From: Eledone cirrhosa | Taxonomy: Eukaryota | NCBI GenBank assembly: GCA_964016885.1 | Contig: OZ024755.1 | Location: 44,826,001-44,890,000, forward strand | Direction of reading: 5' to 3' | DNA: 64,000 nucleotides | Shown: positions 46,401-60,549 of the stretch, piece by piece | How the letters are laid out: each line of letters opens with the position of its first letter | Numbering within the stretch: position 1 is the first letter of the stretch | Translations under genes and position numbers: made by a program | The notes under the pieces: model-generated | The model's input: only the letters and a program-made list of their open reading frames with translations | Told to the model about the DNA's origin: nothing | The model's database searches: none

Positions 46401-49400
46401 CAGTATCAACGTATATGTGTACCACAGTTGTCAGTACTAACATATGCCGTGTACCACAGTTGACAGTACCAACATATACTGTGTACCACAGTTGACAGTA
46501 CCGACATATCCTGTGTACCTCAGTTGACAGTACCAACATATACTGTCTCCCACAGTTGACAGTACCAACATATACTGTGTACCACAGTTGACAGTACTAA
46601 CATATACTGTGTACCACAGTTGACAGTACCAACGTATACTGTGTACCACAGTTGACAGTACCAACATATAATATGTACCACCGTTGACAGTACCAACATA
46701 TACTGTGTATCATAGTTGACAGTACCAACATATACCGTGTTACCACAGTTGAGAGTACCAACATATACTGTGTACCACAGTTGACAGTACCAACATATAA
46801 TGTGTACCATTGTTGACAGTACCAACGTATACTGTGTACCACATTTAACAGTTCCAACATATACTGTGTACCACAGTTATCAGTACCAACGTACACTGTG
46901 TACAACTGTTGACAGTACCAATATATACAGTGTACCACAGTTGACAGTACCAACATATACTGTGTACCACAGTTAACAGTACCAACATATACCATGTACC
47001 ACAGTTGACAGTACCAATATATACTGTGTACCACAGTTGAAAGTACCAATGTATACTGTGTACCACAGTTGACAGTATCAACATATGCTGTGTACCACAG
47101 TTGACAGTACCAACATATACTGTGTACGACAGTTGACAGTACCAACGTATACTGTGTACCACAGTTGACAGTACCAACATATACTGTGTACCACAGTTGA
47201 CTGTACCAACATATACTGTGTACCACAGTTGGCAGTACCAACATATACTGTGTACCACATTTGACAGTACCAACATATATTGTGTACCACAGTTGACAGT
47301 ACCATAATATACTGTGTACCACAGTTGACAGTACCAACATATACTGTGTACCACAGTTGACAGTACCAACGTATACTGTGTACCACAGTTGACAGTACCA
47401 ACATATACTGTGTACCACAGTTGGCAGTACCAACATATATTGTGTATCACATTTGACAGTACCAAAAAATAAAGTGTACCACAGTTGACAGTACCAACAT
47501 ATACTGTGTACCACAGTTGACAGTACCAACATATACTGTGTACCATAGTTGACAGTACCAACGTATACTGCGTACCACAGTTGACAGTACCAACATATAC
47601 TGTGTACCACAGTTGACAGTACCAACATATACTGTGTACCATAGTTGACAGTATCAACGTATATGTGTACCACTGTTGTCAGTACTACCATATGCCGTGT
47701 ACCGCAGTTGACAGTACCAACATATACTGTGTACCACAGTTGACAGTACCGACATATCCTGTGTACCTCAGTTGACAGTACCAACATATACTGTGTACCA
47801 CAGTTGACAGTACCAACATATACTGTGTACCACAGTTGAGAGTACCAACATATACTGTCTCCCACAGTTGACAGTACCAACATATACTGTGTACCACAGT
47901 TGACAGTACTAACATATACTGTGTACCACAGTTGACAGTACAAACATATTCTGTGTACCACAGTTGGCAGTACCAACATATACTGTGTAGCACAGTTGAC
48001 AGTACCAACATATACTGGGTACCACAGTTGACAATACCATCATATACTGTGTACCACAGTTGACACTACCAGCATAAACTGTGTACCAGAGTTGACAGTA
48101 CCAACATATACTGTGTACCACAGTTGAAAGTACCAACGTATATTGTGTACCACAGTTGACAGTACCAACATATACTGTGTACCACAGTTGACAGTACCAA
48201 CATATACTGTGTACCACAGTTGACAGTAACAACGTATACTGTGTACCACATTTGACAGTACCAACATGCACTGTGTACCACAGTTGACAGTACCAACATA
48301 TAGTGTGTACCACAGTTGGCAGTACCAACATATAATGGGTGCCACTGTTCACAGTACCAACATATACTGTGTACCACAGTCGACAGTACCAACATATACC
48401 GTGTACCACAGTTGACAGTACCAACGTATACTGTGTACCACAGTTGACAGTACCAACATATAATGTGTACCACCGTAGACAGTACCAACATATACTGTGT
48501 ATCACAGTTGACAGTACCAACATATACCGTGTTACCACAGTTGAGAGTACCAACATATACTGTGTACCACAGTTGACAGTACCAACATATAATGTGTACC
48601 ACTGTTGACAGTACCAACGTATACTGTGTACCACATTTAACAGTTCCAACATATACTGTGTACCACAGTTATCAGTACCAACGTACACTGTGTACCACTG
48701 TTGACAGTACCAACATATACAGTGTACCACAGTTGACAGTACCAACATATACTGTGTACCACAGGTAACAGTACCAACATATACCGTGTACCACAGTTGA
48801 CAGTACCAACATATACTGTGTACCACAGTTGAAAGTACCAACGTATACTGTGTACCACAGTTGACAGTATCAACATATACTGTGTACCACAGTTGACAGT
48901 ACCAACATATACTGTGTACGACAGTTGACAGTACCAACGTATACTGTGTACCACAGTTGACAGTACTAACGTATACTGTGTACCACAGTTGACAATACCA
49001 ACATATACTGTGTACCACAGTTGACATTACCATCATGTACTGTGTACCACAGTTGACAGTACCAACATATACTGTGTACCACAGTTGACAGTACCAACAT
49101 ATACTGTGTACCACAGTTGAGAGTACCAACATATACTGTGTACCACAGTTGACAGTACCAACATATACTGTGTACCACAGTTGGCAGTACCAACATATAC
49201 CGTTTATCACATTTGACAGTACCAAAAAATACAGTGTACCACAGTTGACAGTACCAACATATACTGTGTACCATAGTTGACAGTACCAACGTATACTGCG
49301 TACCACAGTTGACAGTACCAACATATACTGTGTACCACAGTTGACAGTACCAACATATACTGTGTACCATAGTTGACAGTATCAACGTATATGTGTACCA

Positions 49401-49600
49401 CAGTTGTCAGTACTAACATATGCCGTGTACCACAGTTGACAGTACCAACATATACTGTGTACCACAGTTGACAGTACCGACATATCCTGTGTACCTCAGT
49501 TGACAGTACCAACATATACTGTCTCCCACAGTTGACAGTACCAACATATACTGTGTACCACAGTTGACAGTACTAACATATACTGTGTACCACAGTTGAC
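43490..49600 (+). repeat. Tandem duplication ~43.49-46.62 kb and ~46.62-49.60 kb (offset 3,136 then 2,976 bp)
   Basis: ORF pairs 43709/46845, 43942/47078, 44549/47685 and 44904/48040 (98 monomers), then 45661/48637, 45990/48966 and 46231/49207 (93 monomers). Five monomers are missing from copy 2 near 48385. Confidence 0.92.
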
Positions 49601-52600
49601 AGTACCAACATATTCTGTGTACCACAGTTGACAGTTCCAACATATACTGTGTACCACAGTTGACAGTACCAACATATACTGGGTACCACAGTTGACAATA
49701 CCATCATATACTGTGTACCACAGTTGACACTACCAGCATAAACTGTGTACCAGAGTTGACAGTACCAACATATACTGTGTACCACAGTTGAAAGTACCAA
49801 CGTATATTGTGTACCACAGTTGACGGTACCAACATTTACTGTGTACCACAGTTGACAGTACCAACATATACTGTGTACCACAGTTGACAGTACCAACGTA
49901 TACTGTGTACCACATTTGACAGTACCAACGTGCACTGTGTACCACAGTTGACAGTACCAACATATAGTGTGTACCACAGTTGGCAGTACCAACACATAAT
50001 GGGTGCAAATGTTCACAGTACCAACATATACTGTGTACCATAGTCGACAATACCAACGTTTACTGTGTACCACAGTTGACAGTACCAACATATACTGTGT
50101 ACCACAGTTGACAGTACCAACGTATACTGTGTAACACAGTTGACAATACCATCATATAGGGTGTACCACAGTTGACAGTACCAACATATACTGTGTACCA
50201 CAGTTGACAGTACCATCATATACAGTGTACCAGAGTTGACAGTACTAACATATACTGTGTACCAGAGTTGACAGTACCAACATATACTGTGTACCAGAGT
50301 TGACAGAACTAACATATACTGTGTACCAGAGTTGACAGTACCAACATATATTGGATACCACAGTTGACAGTACCAACATATACTGTGTACCACTGTTGAC
50401 AGTACCAACGTATACTGTATACCACAGTTAACAGTACCAACATATACTGTGTACCACAGTTGACAGTACCAACGTATACAGTGTACCACTGTTGACAGTA
50501 CCAACATATACAGTATAACACAGTTGACAGTACCAACATATACTGTGTACCACAGTTGACAGTACCAACATATACTGTGTACCATAGTTGACAGTACCAA
50601 CGTATACTGTGTACCACAGTTGACAGTACCAACATATACTGTGTACCATAGTTGACAGAACCAACGTATACTGTGTACCATAGTTGACAATACCAACATA
50701 TACCGTGTACCACAGTTGACAGTACCAACATATATAGTGTACCAGAGTTGACAGTACCAACATATACAGTATACCACTGTTGACAGTACCATCATATACT
50801 GTGTACCACAGTTGACAGTACCAACGTATACTGTGTACCACAGTTGACAGTACCAACTTATACTGTGTACCACAGTTGACAGTACTAATATATACTGTGT
50901 ACCAAAGTTGAGAGTACCAACATATATTGTGTACCACAGTTGACAGAACTAACATATACTGTTTACCACAGTTGACAGTATCCACGTATGTGTACCACAG
51001 TTGACAGTATCAACGTATATCTGTACCACATATTGACAGTACCAACATATACTGTGTACCACAGTTGACAGTACCAACGTATACTGTGTACCACAGTTGA
51101 CAGTACCAACGTATACTGTGTACCACAGTTGACAGTACCAACATATACTGTGTACCACAGTTGACAGTACCAATGTATACTGTGTACCACAGTTGACATT
51201 ACCTAGGTATACTGTGTACAAACAGTGGACAGTACCAATATATATGTGTACAACATATTGACAGTACCAACATATACTGTGTACCACAGTTGACAGTACC
51301 AACATATACTGTGTACCACAGTTGACAGTACCAACATATACTGTGTACCACAGTTGACAGTACCAACGTATACTGTGTACCACAGTTGACAGTACCAACA
51401 TATACTGTGTACCACAGTTGACAGTACCAACATATACTGTGTACCACAGTTGGCAGTACCAACATATACTGTGTACCACAGTTGAGAGTACCAACATATA
51501 CTGTGTACCACAGTTGACTGTACCAACATATATTGTGTACCACAGTTGACAGTACCAACATATACTGGGTGCCACTGTTCACAGTACCAACATATACTGT
51601 GTACCACAGTTGACAATACCAACGTATTCTGTGTACCACAGTTGACAATACCATCATATAGGGTGTACCACAGTTGACAGTACCAACATATACTGTGTAC
51701 CACATTTGACAGTACCATCATATACTGACTACCACAGTTGACAGTACCAACGTATAATGTGTACCAGAGTTAACAGTACCAACATATACTGTGTACCACA
51801 GTTGACAGTACCAACATATACTGTGTACCACAGTTGAGAGTACCAACATATACTGTGTACCACAGTTGACAGTACCAACATATACTGTGTACCACAGTTG
51901 GCAGTACCAACATATACTGTTTATCACATTTGACAGTACCAAAAAATACAGTGTACCACAGTTGACAGTACCAACATATACTGTGTACCACAGTTGACAG
52001 TACCAACATATACTGTGTATCATAGTTGACAGTACCAACGTATACTGCGTACCACAGTTGACAGTACCAACATATACTGTGTACCACAGTTGACAGTACC
52101 AACATATACTGTGTACCATAGTTGACAGTATCAACGTATATGTGTACCACAGTTGTCAGTACTAACATATGCCGTGTACCACAGTTGACAGTACCAACAT
52201 ATACTGTGTACCACAGTTGACAGTACCGACATATCCTGTGTACCTCAGTTGACAGTACCAACATATACTGTCTCCCACAGTTGACAGTACCAACATATAC
52301 TGTGTACCACAGTTGACAGTACTAACATATACTGTGTACCACAGTTGACAGTACCAACATATTCTGTGTACCACAGTTGACAGTTCCAACATATACTGTG
52401 TACCACAGTTGACAGTACCAACATATACTGGGTACCAGAGTTGACAATACCATCATATAGTGTGTACCACAGTTGACACTACCAGCATAAACTGTTTACC
52501 AGAGTTGACAGTACCAACATATACTGTGTACCACAGTTGAAAGTACCAACGTATATTGTGTACCACAGTTGACGGTACCAACATTTACTGTGTACCACAG

Positions 52601-54540
52601 TTGACAGTACCAACATATACTGTGTGCCACAGTTGACAGTACCAACGTATACTGTGTACCACATTTGACAGTACCAACGTGCACTGTGTACCACAGTTGA
52701 CAGTACCAACATATAGTGTGTACCACAGTTGGCAGTACCAACACATAATGGGTGCAAATGTTCACAGTACCAACATATACTGTGTACCACAGTCGACAAT
52801 ACCAACGTATACTGTGTACCACAGTTGACAGTACCAACATATACTGTGTACCACAGTTGACAGTACCAACGTATACTGTGTAACACAGTTGACAATACCA
52901 TCATATAGGGTGTACCACAGTTGACAGTACCAACATATACTGTGTACCACAGTTGACAGTACCATCATATACAGTGTACCAGAGTTGACAGTACTAACAT
53001 ATACTGTGTACCAGAGTTGACAGTACCAACATATACTGTGTACCAGAGTTGACAGAACTAACATATACTGTGTACCAGAGTTGACAGTACCAACATATAT
53101 TGTATACCACAGTTGACAGTACCAACATATACTGTGTACCACTGTTGACAGTACCAACGTATACTGTATACCACAGTTAACAGTACCAACATATACTGTG
53201 TACCACAGTTGACAGTACCAACGTATACAGTGTACCACTGTTGACAGTACCAACATATACAGTATAACACAGTTGACAGTACCAACATATACTGTGTACC
53301 ACAGTTGACAGTACCAACATATACTGTGTACCATAGTTGACAGTACCAACGTATACTGTGTACCACAGTTGACAGTACCAACATATACTGTGTACCATAG
53401 TTGACAGAACCAACGTATACTGTGTACCATAGTTGACAATACCAACATATACCGTGTACCACAGTTGACAGTACCAACATATATAGTGTACCAGAGTTGA
53501 CAGTACCAACATATACAGTATACCACTGTTGACAGTACCATCATATACTGTGTACCACAGTTGACAGTACCAACGTATACTGTGTACCACAGTTGACAGT
53601 ACCAACTTATACTGTGTACCACAGTTGACAGTACTAATATATACTGTGTACCAAAGTTGAGAGTACCAACATATATTGTGTACCACAGTTGACAGAACTA
53701 ACATATACTGTTTACCACAGTTGACAGTATCCACGTATGTGTACCACAGTTGACAGTATCAACGTATATCTGTACCACATATTGACAGTACCAACATATA
53801 CTGTGTACCACAGTTGACAGTACCAACGTATACTGTGTACCACAGTTGACAGTACCAACGTATACTGTGTACCACAGTTGACAGTACCAACATATACTGT
53901 GTACCACAGTTGACAGTACCAATGTATACTGTGTACCACAGTTGACATTACCTAGGTATACTGTGTACAAACAGTGGACAGTACCAATATATATGTGTAC
54001 AACATATTGACAGTACCAACATATACTGTGTACCACAGTTGACAGTACCAACATATACTGTGTACCACAGTTGACAGTACCAACATATACTGTGTACCAC
54101 AGTTGACAGTACCAACGTATACTGTGTACCACAGTTGACAGTACCAACATATACTGTGTACCACAGTTGACAGTACCAACATATACTGTGTACCACAGTT
54201 GGCAGTACCAACATATACTGTGTACCACAGTTGAGAGTACCAACATATACTGTGTACCACAGTTGACTGTACCAACATATATTGTGTACCACAATTGACA
54301 GTACCAACATATACTGGGTGCCACTGTTCACAGTACCAACATATACTGTGTACCACAGTTGACAATACCAACGTATTCTGTGTACCACAGTTGACAATAC
54401 CATCATATAGGGTGTACCACAGTTGACAGTACCAACATATACTGTGTACCACATTTGACAGTACCATCATATACTGACTACCACAGTTGACAGTACCAAC
54501 GTATAATGTGTACCAGAGTTAACAGTACCAACATATACTG
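49080..54540 (+). repeat. Tandem duplication ~49.08-51.79 kb and ~51.80-54.54 kb (offset 2,749 bp, ~86 monomers)
   Basis: ORF pairs 49413/52162, 50013/52762, 50309/53058, 50949/53698, 51199/53948. Private variants GGGTGCAAAT, GACAGAACTAAC and ACCTAGG are shared. Confidence 0.92.
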
Positions 54541-57500
54541 TGTACCACTGTTGACAGTACCAACATATACTGTGTACCAGAGTTGACAGTACCAACATAT
54601 TCTGTGTACCACAGTTGACAGTACCAACATATACTGTGTATCACAGTTGACAGTACCAACATATACTGTGTACCACAGTTGACAGTACCAACGTATACTG
54701 TGTACCAATGTTGACAGTACCAACGTATACTGTGGACCACAGTTAACAGTACCAACATATACTGTGTACCACAGTTGACAGTACCAACGTATACTGTGTA
54801 CCACTGTTGACAGTACCAACATATACAGTGTACCACAGTTGACAGTACCAACATATACTGTGTACCACAGTTGACAGTACCAACATATACTGTGTACCAT
54901 AGTTGTCAGTACCAACATATACTGTGTACCACAGTTGACAGTAACAACATATACTGTGTACCATAGTTGACAGTACCAACGTATACTGTGTACCACAGTT
55001 GACAGTACCAACATATACCGTGTACCACAGTTGACAGTACCAACATATACTGTGTACCAGATTTAACAGTACCAACATATACTGTGTACCACTGTTGACA
55101 GTACAAACATATCATGTGTACCACAGTTGACAGTACCAACGTATACTGTGTACCAGAGTTAACAGTACCAACATATACTGTGTACCACTGTTGACAGTAC
55201 CAACATATACTGTGTACCACAGTTGACAGTACCAACGTATACTGTGTACAACAATTGACAGTACCAACATATACAGTGTACCAGAGTTGACAGTACTAAT
55301 ATATAATGTGTACCACAGTTGACAATACAAACATATACTGTGTACCACAGTTGACAGTACTAACATATACTGTGTACCACAGTTGACAGTATCCACGTAT
55401 ATGTGTACCACATATTGACAGTACCAACATATACTGTGTACCACAGTTGAGAGTACCAACGTATACTGTGTACCACAGTTGACAGTACCAACGTATACTG
55501 TGTACCACAGTTGACAGTACCAACATATACTGTGTACCACAGTTGACAGTACCAACGTATACTGTGTACCAAAGTTGACAGTATCAACGTATATGTGTAC
55601 TACATATTGACAGTACCAACAAATACTGTGTACCACAGTTGACAGTACCAACGTATACTGTGTACCACAGTTGACAGTACCAACGTATACTGTGTACCAT
55701 AGTTGACAGTACCAACATATACTGTGTACCTCAGTTGACAGTACCAACATATACTGTGTACCTCAGTTGACAGTATAAACATATACTGTGTACCACAGTT
55801 GACAGTACCAACATACAGTGTGTACCATAGTTGACAGTACTAACATATACTGTGTACCAAATTTGACAGTACCAACATATACTGTGTACCTCAGTTGACA
55901 GTATCAACATATAATGTGTACCACATTTGACAGTAACAACATATACTGTGAACCACAGTTTAGAGTACCAACATATACTGTGTATCACAGTTGACAGTAC
56001 CAACATATACCGTATACCACAGTTGAGAGTACCTACATATACTGTGTACCAAATTTGACAGTACCAACATATACTGTGTACCACAGTTGACAGTACCAAC
56101 GTATACTGAGTACCACAGTTGACAGTAGCAACATATACAGTGTACCACTGTTGACAGTACCAACATACACTGTGTACCACAGTTGACAGTACTAACATAT
56201 ACTGTGTACCATAGTTGACAGTACCAACGTATACTGTGTACCATAGTTGACAGTACCAACATATACTGTGTACCACAGTTGACAGTACCAACATATACTG
56301 TGTACCATAGTTGACAGTACCAACGTATACTGTGTACCACAGTTGACAGTACCAACATATACTGTGTACCAGAGTTGACAGTACCAACATATACTGTGTA
56401 CCACAGTTGACAGTACCAACATATACCGTGTACCACAGTTGACACTACCAACGTATAATCTGTACCACAGTTGACAGTACCAACATATAATGTGTACCAC
56501 CGTTGACAGTACCAACATATACTGTGTATCACAGTTGCCAGTACCAACATATACCTTGTTACCACAGTTGAGAGTACCAACATATACTGTGTACCACAGT
56601 TGACAGTACCAACATATAATGTGTACCACTGTTGACAGTACCAACGTATACTGTGTACCACATTTAACAGTTCCAACATATACTGTGTACCACAGTTATC
56701 AGTGCCAACGTACACTGTGTACCACTGTTGACAGTACCAACATATACAGTGTACCACAGTTCACAGTACCAACATATACTGTGTACCACAGTTAACAGTA
56801 CCAACATATACCGTGTACCACAGTTGACAGTACCAACATATACTGTGTACCACAGTTGACAGTACCAACGTATACTGTGTACCACAGTTGACAGTACCAA
56901 CATATACTGTGTACCACATTTGACAGTACCAACATATACAGTGTACCACAGTTGACAGTACCAACATATATTGTGTACCACAGTTGACAGTACTAACGTA
57001 TACTGTGTACCACAGTTGACAATACCAACATATACTGTGTACCACAGTTGACAGTACCATCATATACTGTGTACCACAGTTGACAGTACCAACATATACT
57101 GTGTACCACAGTTGATAGTACCAACGTATACTGTGTACCACAGTTGACAGTACCAACATATACTGTGTACCACAGTTGACAGTACCAACATATACTGTGT
57201 ACCACAGTTGGCAGTACCAACATATACTGTGTACCACATTTGACAGTACCAACATATACAGTGTACCACAGTTGACAATACCAACATATACTGTGTACCA
57301 CAGTTGACAGTACCAACATATACTGTGTACCATAGTTGACAGTACCAACGTATACTGCGTACCACAGTTGACAGTACCAATATATACTGTGTACCACAGT
57401 TGACTGTACCAACATATACTGTGTACCATAGTTGACAGTATCAACGTATATGTGTACCACTGTTGTCAGTACTAACATATGCCGTGTACCACAGTTGACA

Positions 57501-60500
57501 GTACCAACATATACTGTGTACCACAGTTGACAGTACCGACATATCCTGTGTACCTCAGTTGACAGTACCAACATATACTGTGTACCACATTTCATAGTAC
57601 CAACATATACTGTGTACCACAGTTGACAGTACCAACGTATATTGTGTACCACAGTTGACAGTACCAACATATACTGTGTCCCACAGTTGACAGTACCAAC
57701 ATATAGTGTGTACCACAGTTGACAGTACTAACATATACTGTGTACCACAGTTGACAGTACCAATATATACTGTGTACCACAGTTGACAGTACCATCATAT
57801 ACTGTGTACCACAGTTGACAGTACTAACACATACTGTGTACCACAGTTGACAGTACCCACATATACTGGGTAGCACAGTTGACAGTACCAATGTATACTG
57901 TGTACCAGAGTTGACAGTACCAACATATACTGTGTAGCACAGTTGACAGTACCCACATATACTGGGTACCACAGTTGACAGTACCCACGTATACTGTGTA
58001 CCACAGTTGACAGTACCAACATATAATATGTACCAGAGTTGAAAGTACCAACGTATACTGTGTACCACTGTTGACAGAACCAACATATACTGTGTACCAC
58101 AGTTGACAGAACCAACATATACTGTGTACCACAGTTGATAGTACCAACATATAACGTGTACCACAGTTGAGAGTACCAACATATAATGTGTACCACAGTT
58201 GACAGTACCAAAGTATATTGTGTACCACTGTTGACAGTACCAACGTATACTGTGTACCACATTTAACAGTACCAACATATAATGTGTACCACAGTTGACA
58301 ATACCAACGTATACTGTGTACCACTGTTGACAGTACCAACATATACAGGGTACCACAGTTGACGGTACCAACATATACTGTGTAACATAGTTGACAGTAC
58401 CAACGTATACTGTGTACCACATTTGACAGTACCAACATATACCGTGTACCACAGTTGATAGTACCAATAGATACTGTGTGCCATAGTTGAGAGTACCAAC
58501 ATATACTGTGTACCATAGTTGACAGTACCAACGTATACTCTGTACCACATTTGAGAGTACCAACATATACCGTGTACCACAGTTGACAGTACCAATATAT
58601 ACTGTGTACCACGGTTGACAGTACCAACATATAATGGGTGCCACTGTTGACAGTCCCAACATATACTGTGTACCACAGTTGACAATACCAATGTATACTG
58701 TGTACCACAGTTGACAGTACCAACATATACTGTGTACCACAGTTGACAGTACCAACGTATACTGTGTAACACATTTGACAATACCATCATATAGGGTGTA
58801 CCACGGTTGACAATACCAACATATACTGTGTACCACAGTTGACAGTACCATCATATACTGTGTACCACAGTTGACAGTACTAACATATACTGTGTACCAG
58901 AGTTGACAGTACCAACATATACTGTGTACCAGAGTTGACAGTACTAACATATACTGTGTACCAGAGTTGAAAGTACCAACATATATTGGATACCACAGTT
59001 GACAGTACCAACATTTACTGTGTACCACTGTTGACAGTACCAACGTATACGGTATAACACAGTTGACAGAACCAACATATACTGTGTACCACAGTTGACA
59101 GTACCAACATATACTGTGTACCATAGTTGACAGTACCAACGTATACTGTGTACCACAGTTGACAGTACCAACATATACTGTGTACCATAGTTGACAGAAC
59201 CAACGTATACTGTGTACCATAGTTGAGAGTACCAACATATACCGTGTACCACAGTTGACAGTACCAACATATACTGTGTACCAGAGTTGAGAGTACCAAC
59301 GTATACTGTGTACCACAGTTAACAGTACCAACATATAATGTGTACCACAGTTGACAGTAACAACGTATACTGTGTACCACAGTTGACAGTACCAACGTAT
59401 AATGTGTACTACAGTTGAATGTACCAACGTATACTGTGTACCACAGTTGACAGTACCAACATATACTGTGTACCACAGTTGACAGTACCAACATATACCG
59501 TGTACCACATTTGACAGTACAAACATATACTGTGTACCACAGTTGACAGTACCAACATATACCGTAGTACCACATTTGAGAGTACCAACATATACTGTGT
59601 ACCACAGTTAACAGTACCAACATATAATGTGTACCACACTTTACAGTACCAACGTATACTGTGTATCACTGTTGACAGTACCAACATATAGTGTGTACCA
59701 CAGATGACAGTACCAACGGATACTGTGTACCACAGTTTACAGTACCCACATATACTGGATACCACAGTTGACAATACCATCATATACTGTGTACCACAGT
59801 TGACACTACCAACATAAACTGTGTACCACAGTTGGCAGTACCAACATATATTGTGTACCACAGATGAAAGTACCAACGTATACTGTGTACCACAGTTGAC
59901 AGTACCAACATATACTCTGTACCACAGTTGACAGTACCAACATATACTGTGTACCACAGTTGACAGTACCAACGTATACTGTGTACCACAGTTGACAGTA
60001 CCAACATATACTGTGTACCACAGTTGACAGTACCAACATATACTGTGTACCACAGTTGGCAGTACCAACATATACTATGTACCACATTTGACAGTACCAA
60101 CATATACTGTGTACCACAGTTGACAGTACCAACATATATTGTGTACCACAGTTGACAGTACCAACATATACTTGGTGCCACTGTTCACAGTACCAACATA
60201 TACTGTTTACCACAGTTGACAGTACAAACATATACTGTGTACCAGAGTTGACAGTACCAACATATACTGTGTACCAGAGTTGACAGTACTAACATATACT
60301 GTGTACCAGAGTTGACAGTACCAATATATACTGTGTACCACAGTTGACAGCACCAACATATACTGTGTACCACAGTTGACAATACAAACGTATTCTGTGT
60401 ACCACAGTTGACAGTACCAACATATACTGTGTACCACTGTTGACAGTACTAAAGTATATTGTGTACCACAGTCCAGAGTACCAACATATACTGTGTACCA

Positions 60501-60549
60501 CAGTTGACAGTACCAACGTATACTGTGTACCACAGTTGACAGTACCAAC

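Larger units (their letters stand above)
3300..57600 (+). repeat. Recurrent ~3-4 kb marker super-module at ~3.3-7.7, ~16.9-18.0 (degraded), ~28.4-31.1, ~40.5-44.8 and ~53.6-57.6 kb
   Basis: The copies share an ordered series of rare variants (ACCAAGG, ACAAACAGTGG, CTGACTACC, CCAATGTTG, CAGATTT, CAGTATAAAC, TTTAGAG, GAGTACCTAC, CCGTGTTACC); the 17-kb copy keeps only some. Homologous ORFs lie at 4996, 29963, 42175 and 54906. Confidence 0.75.
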
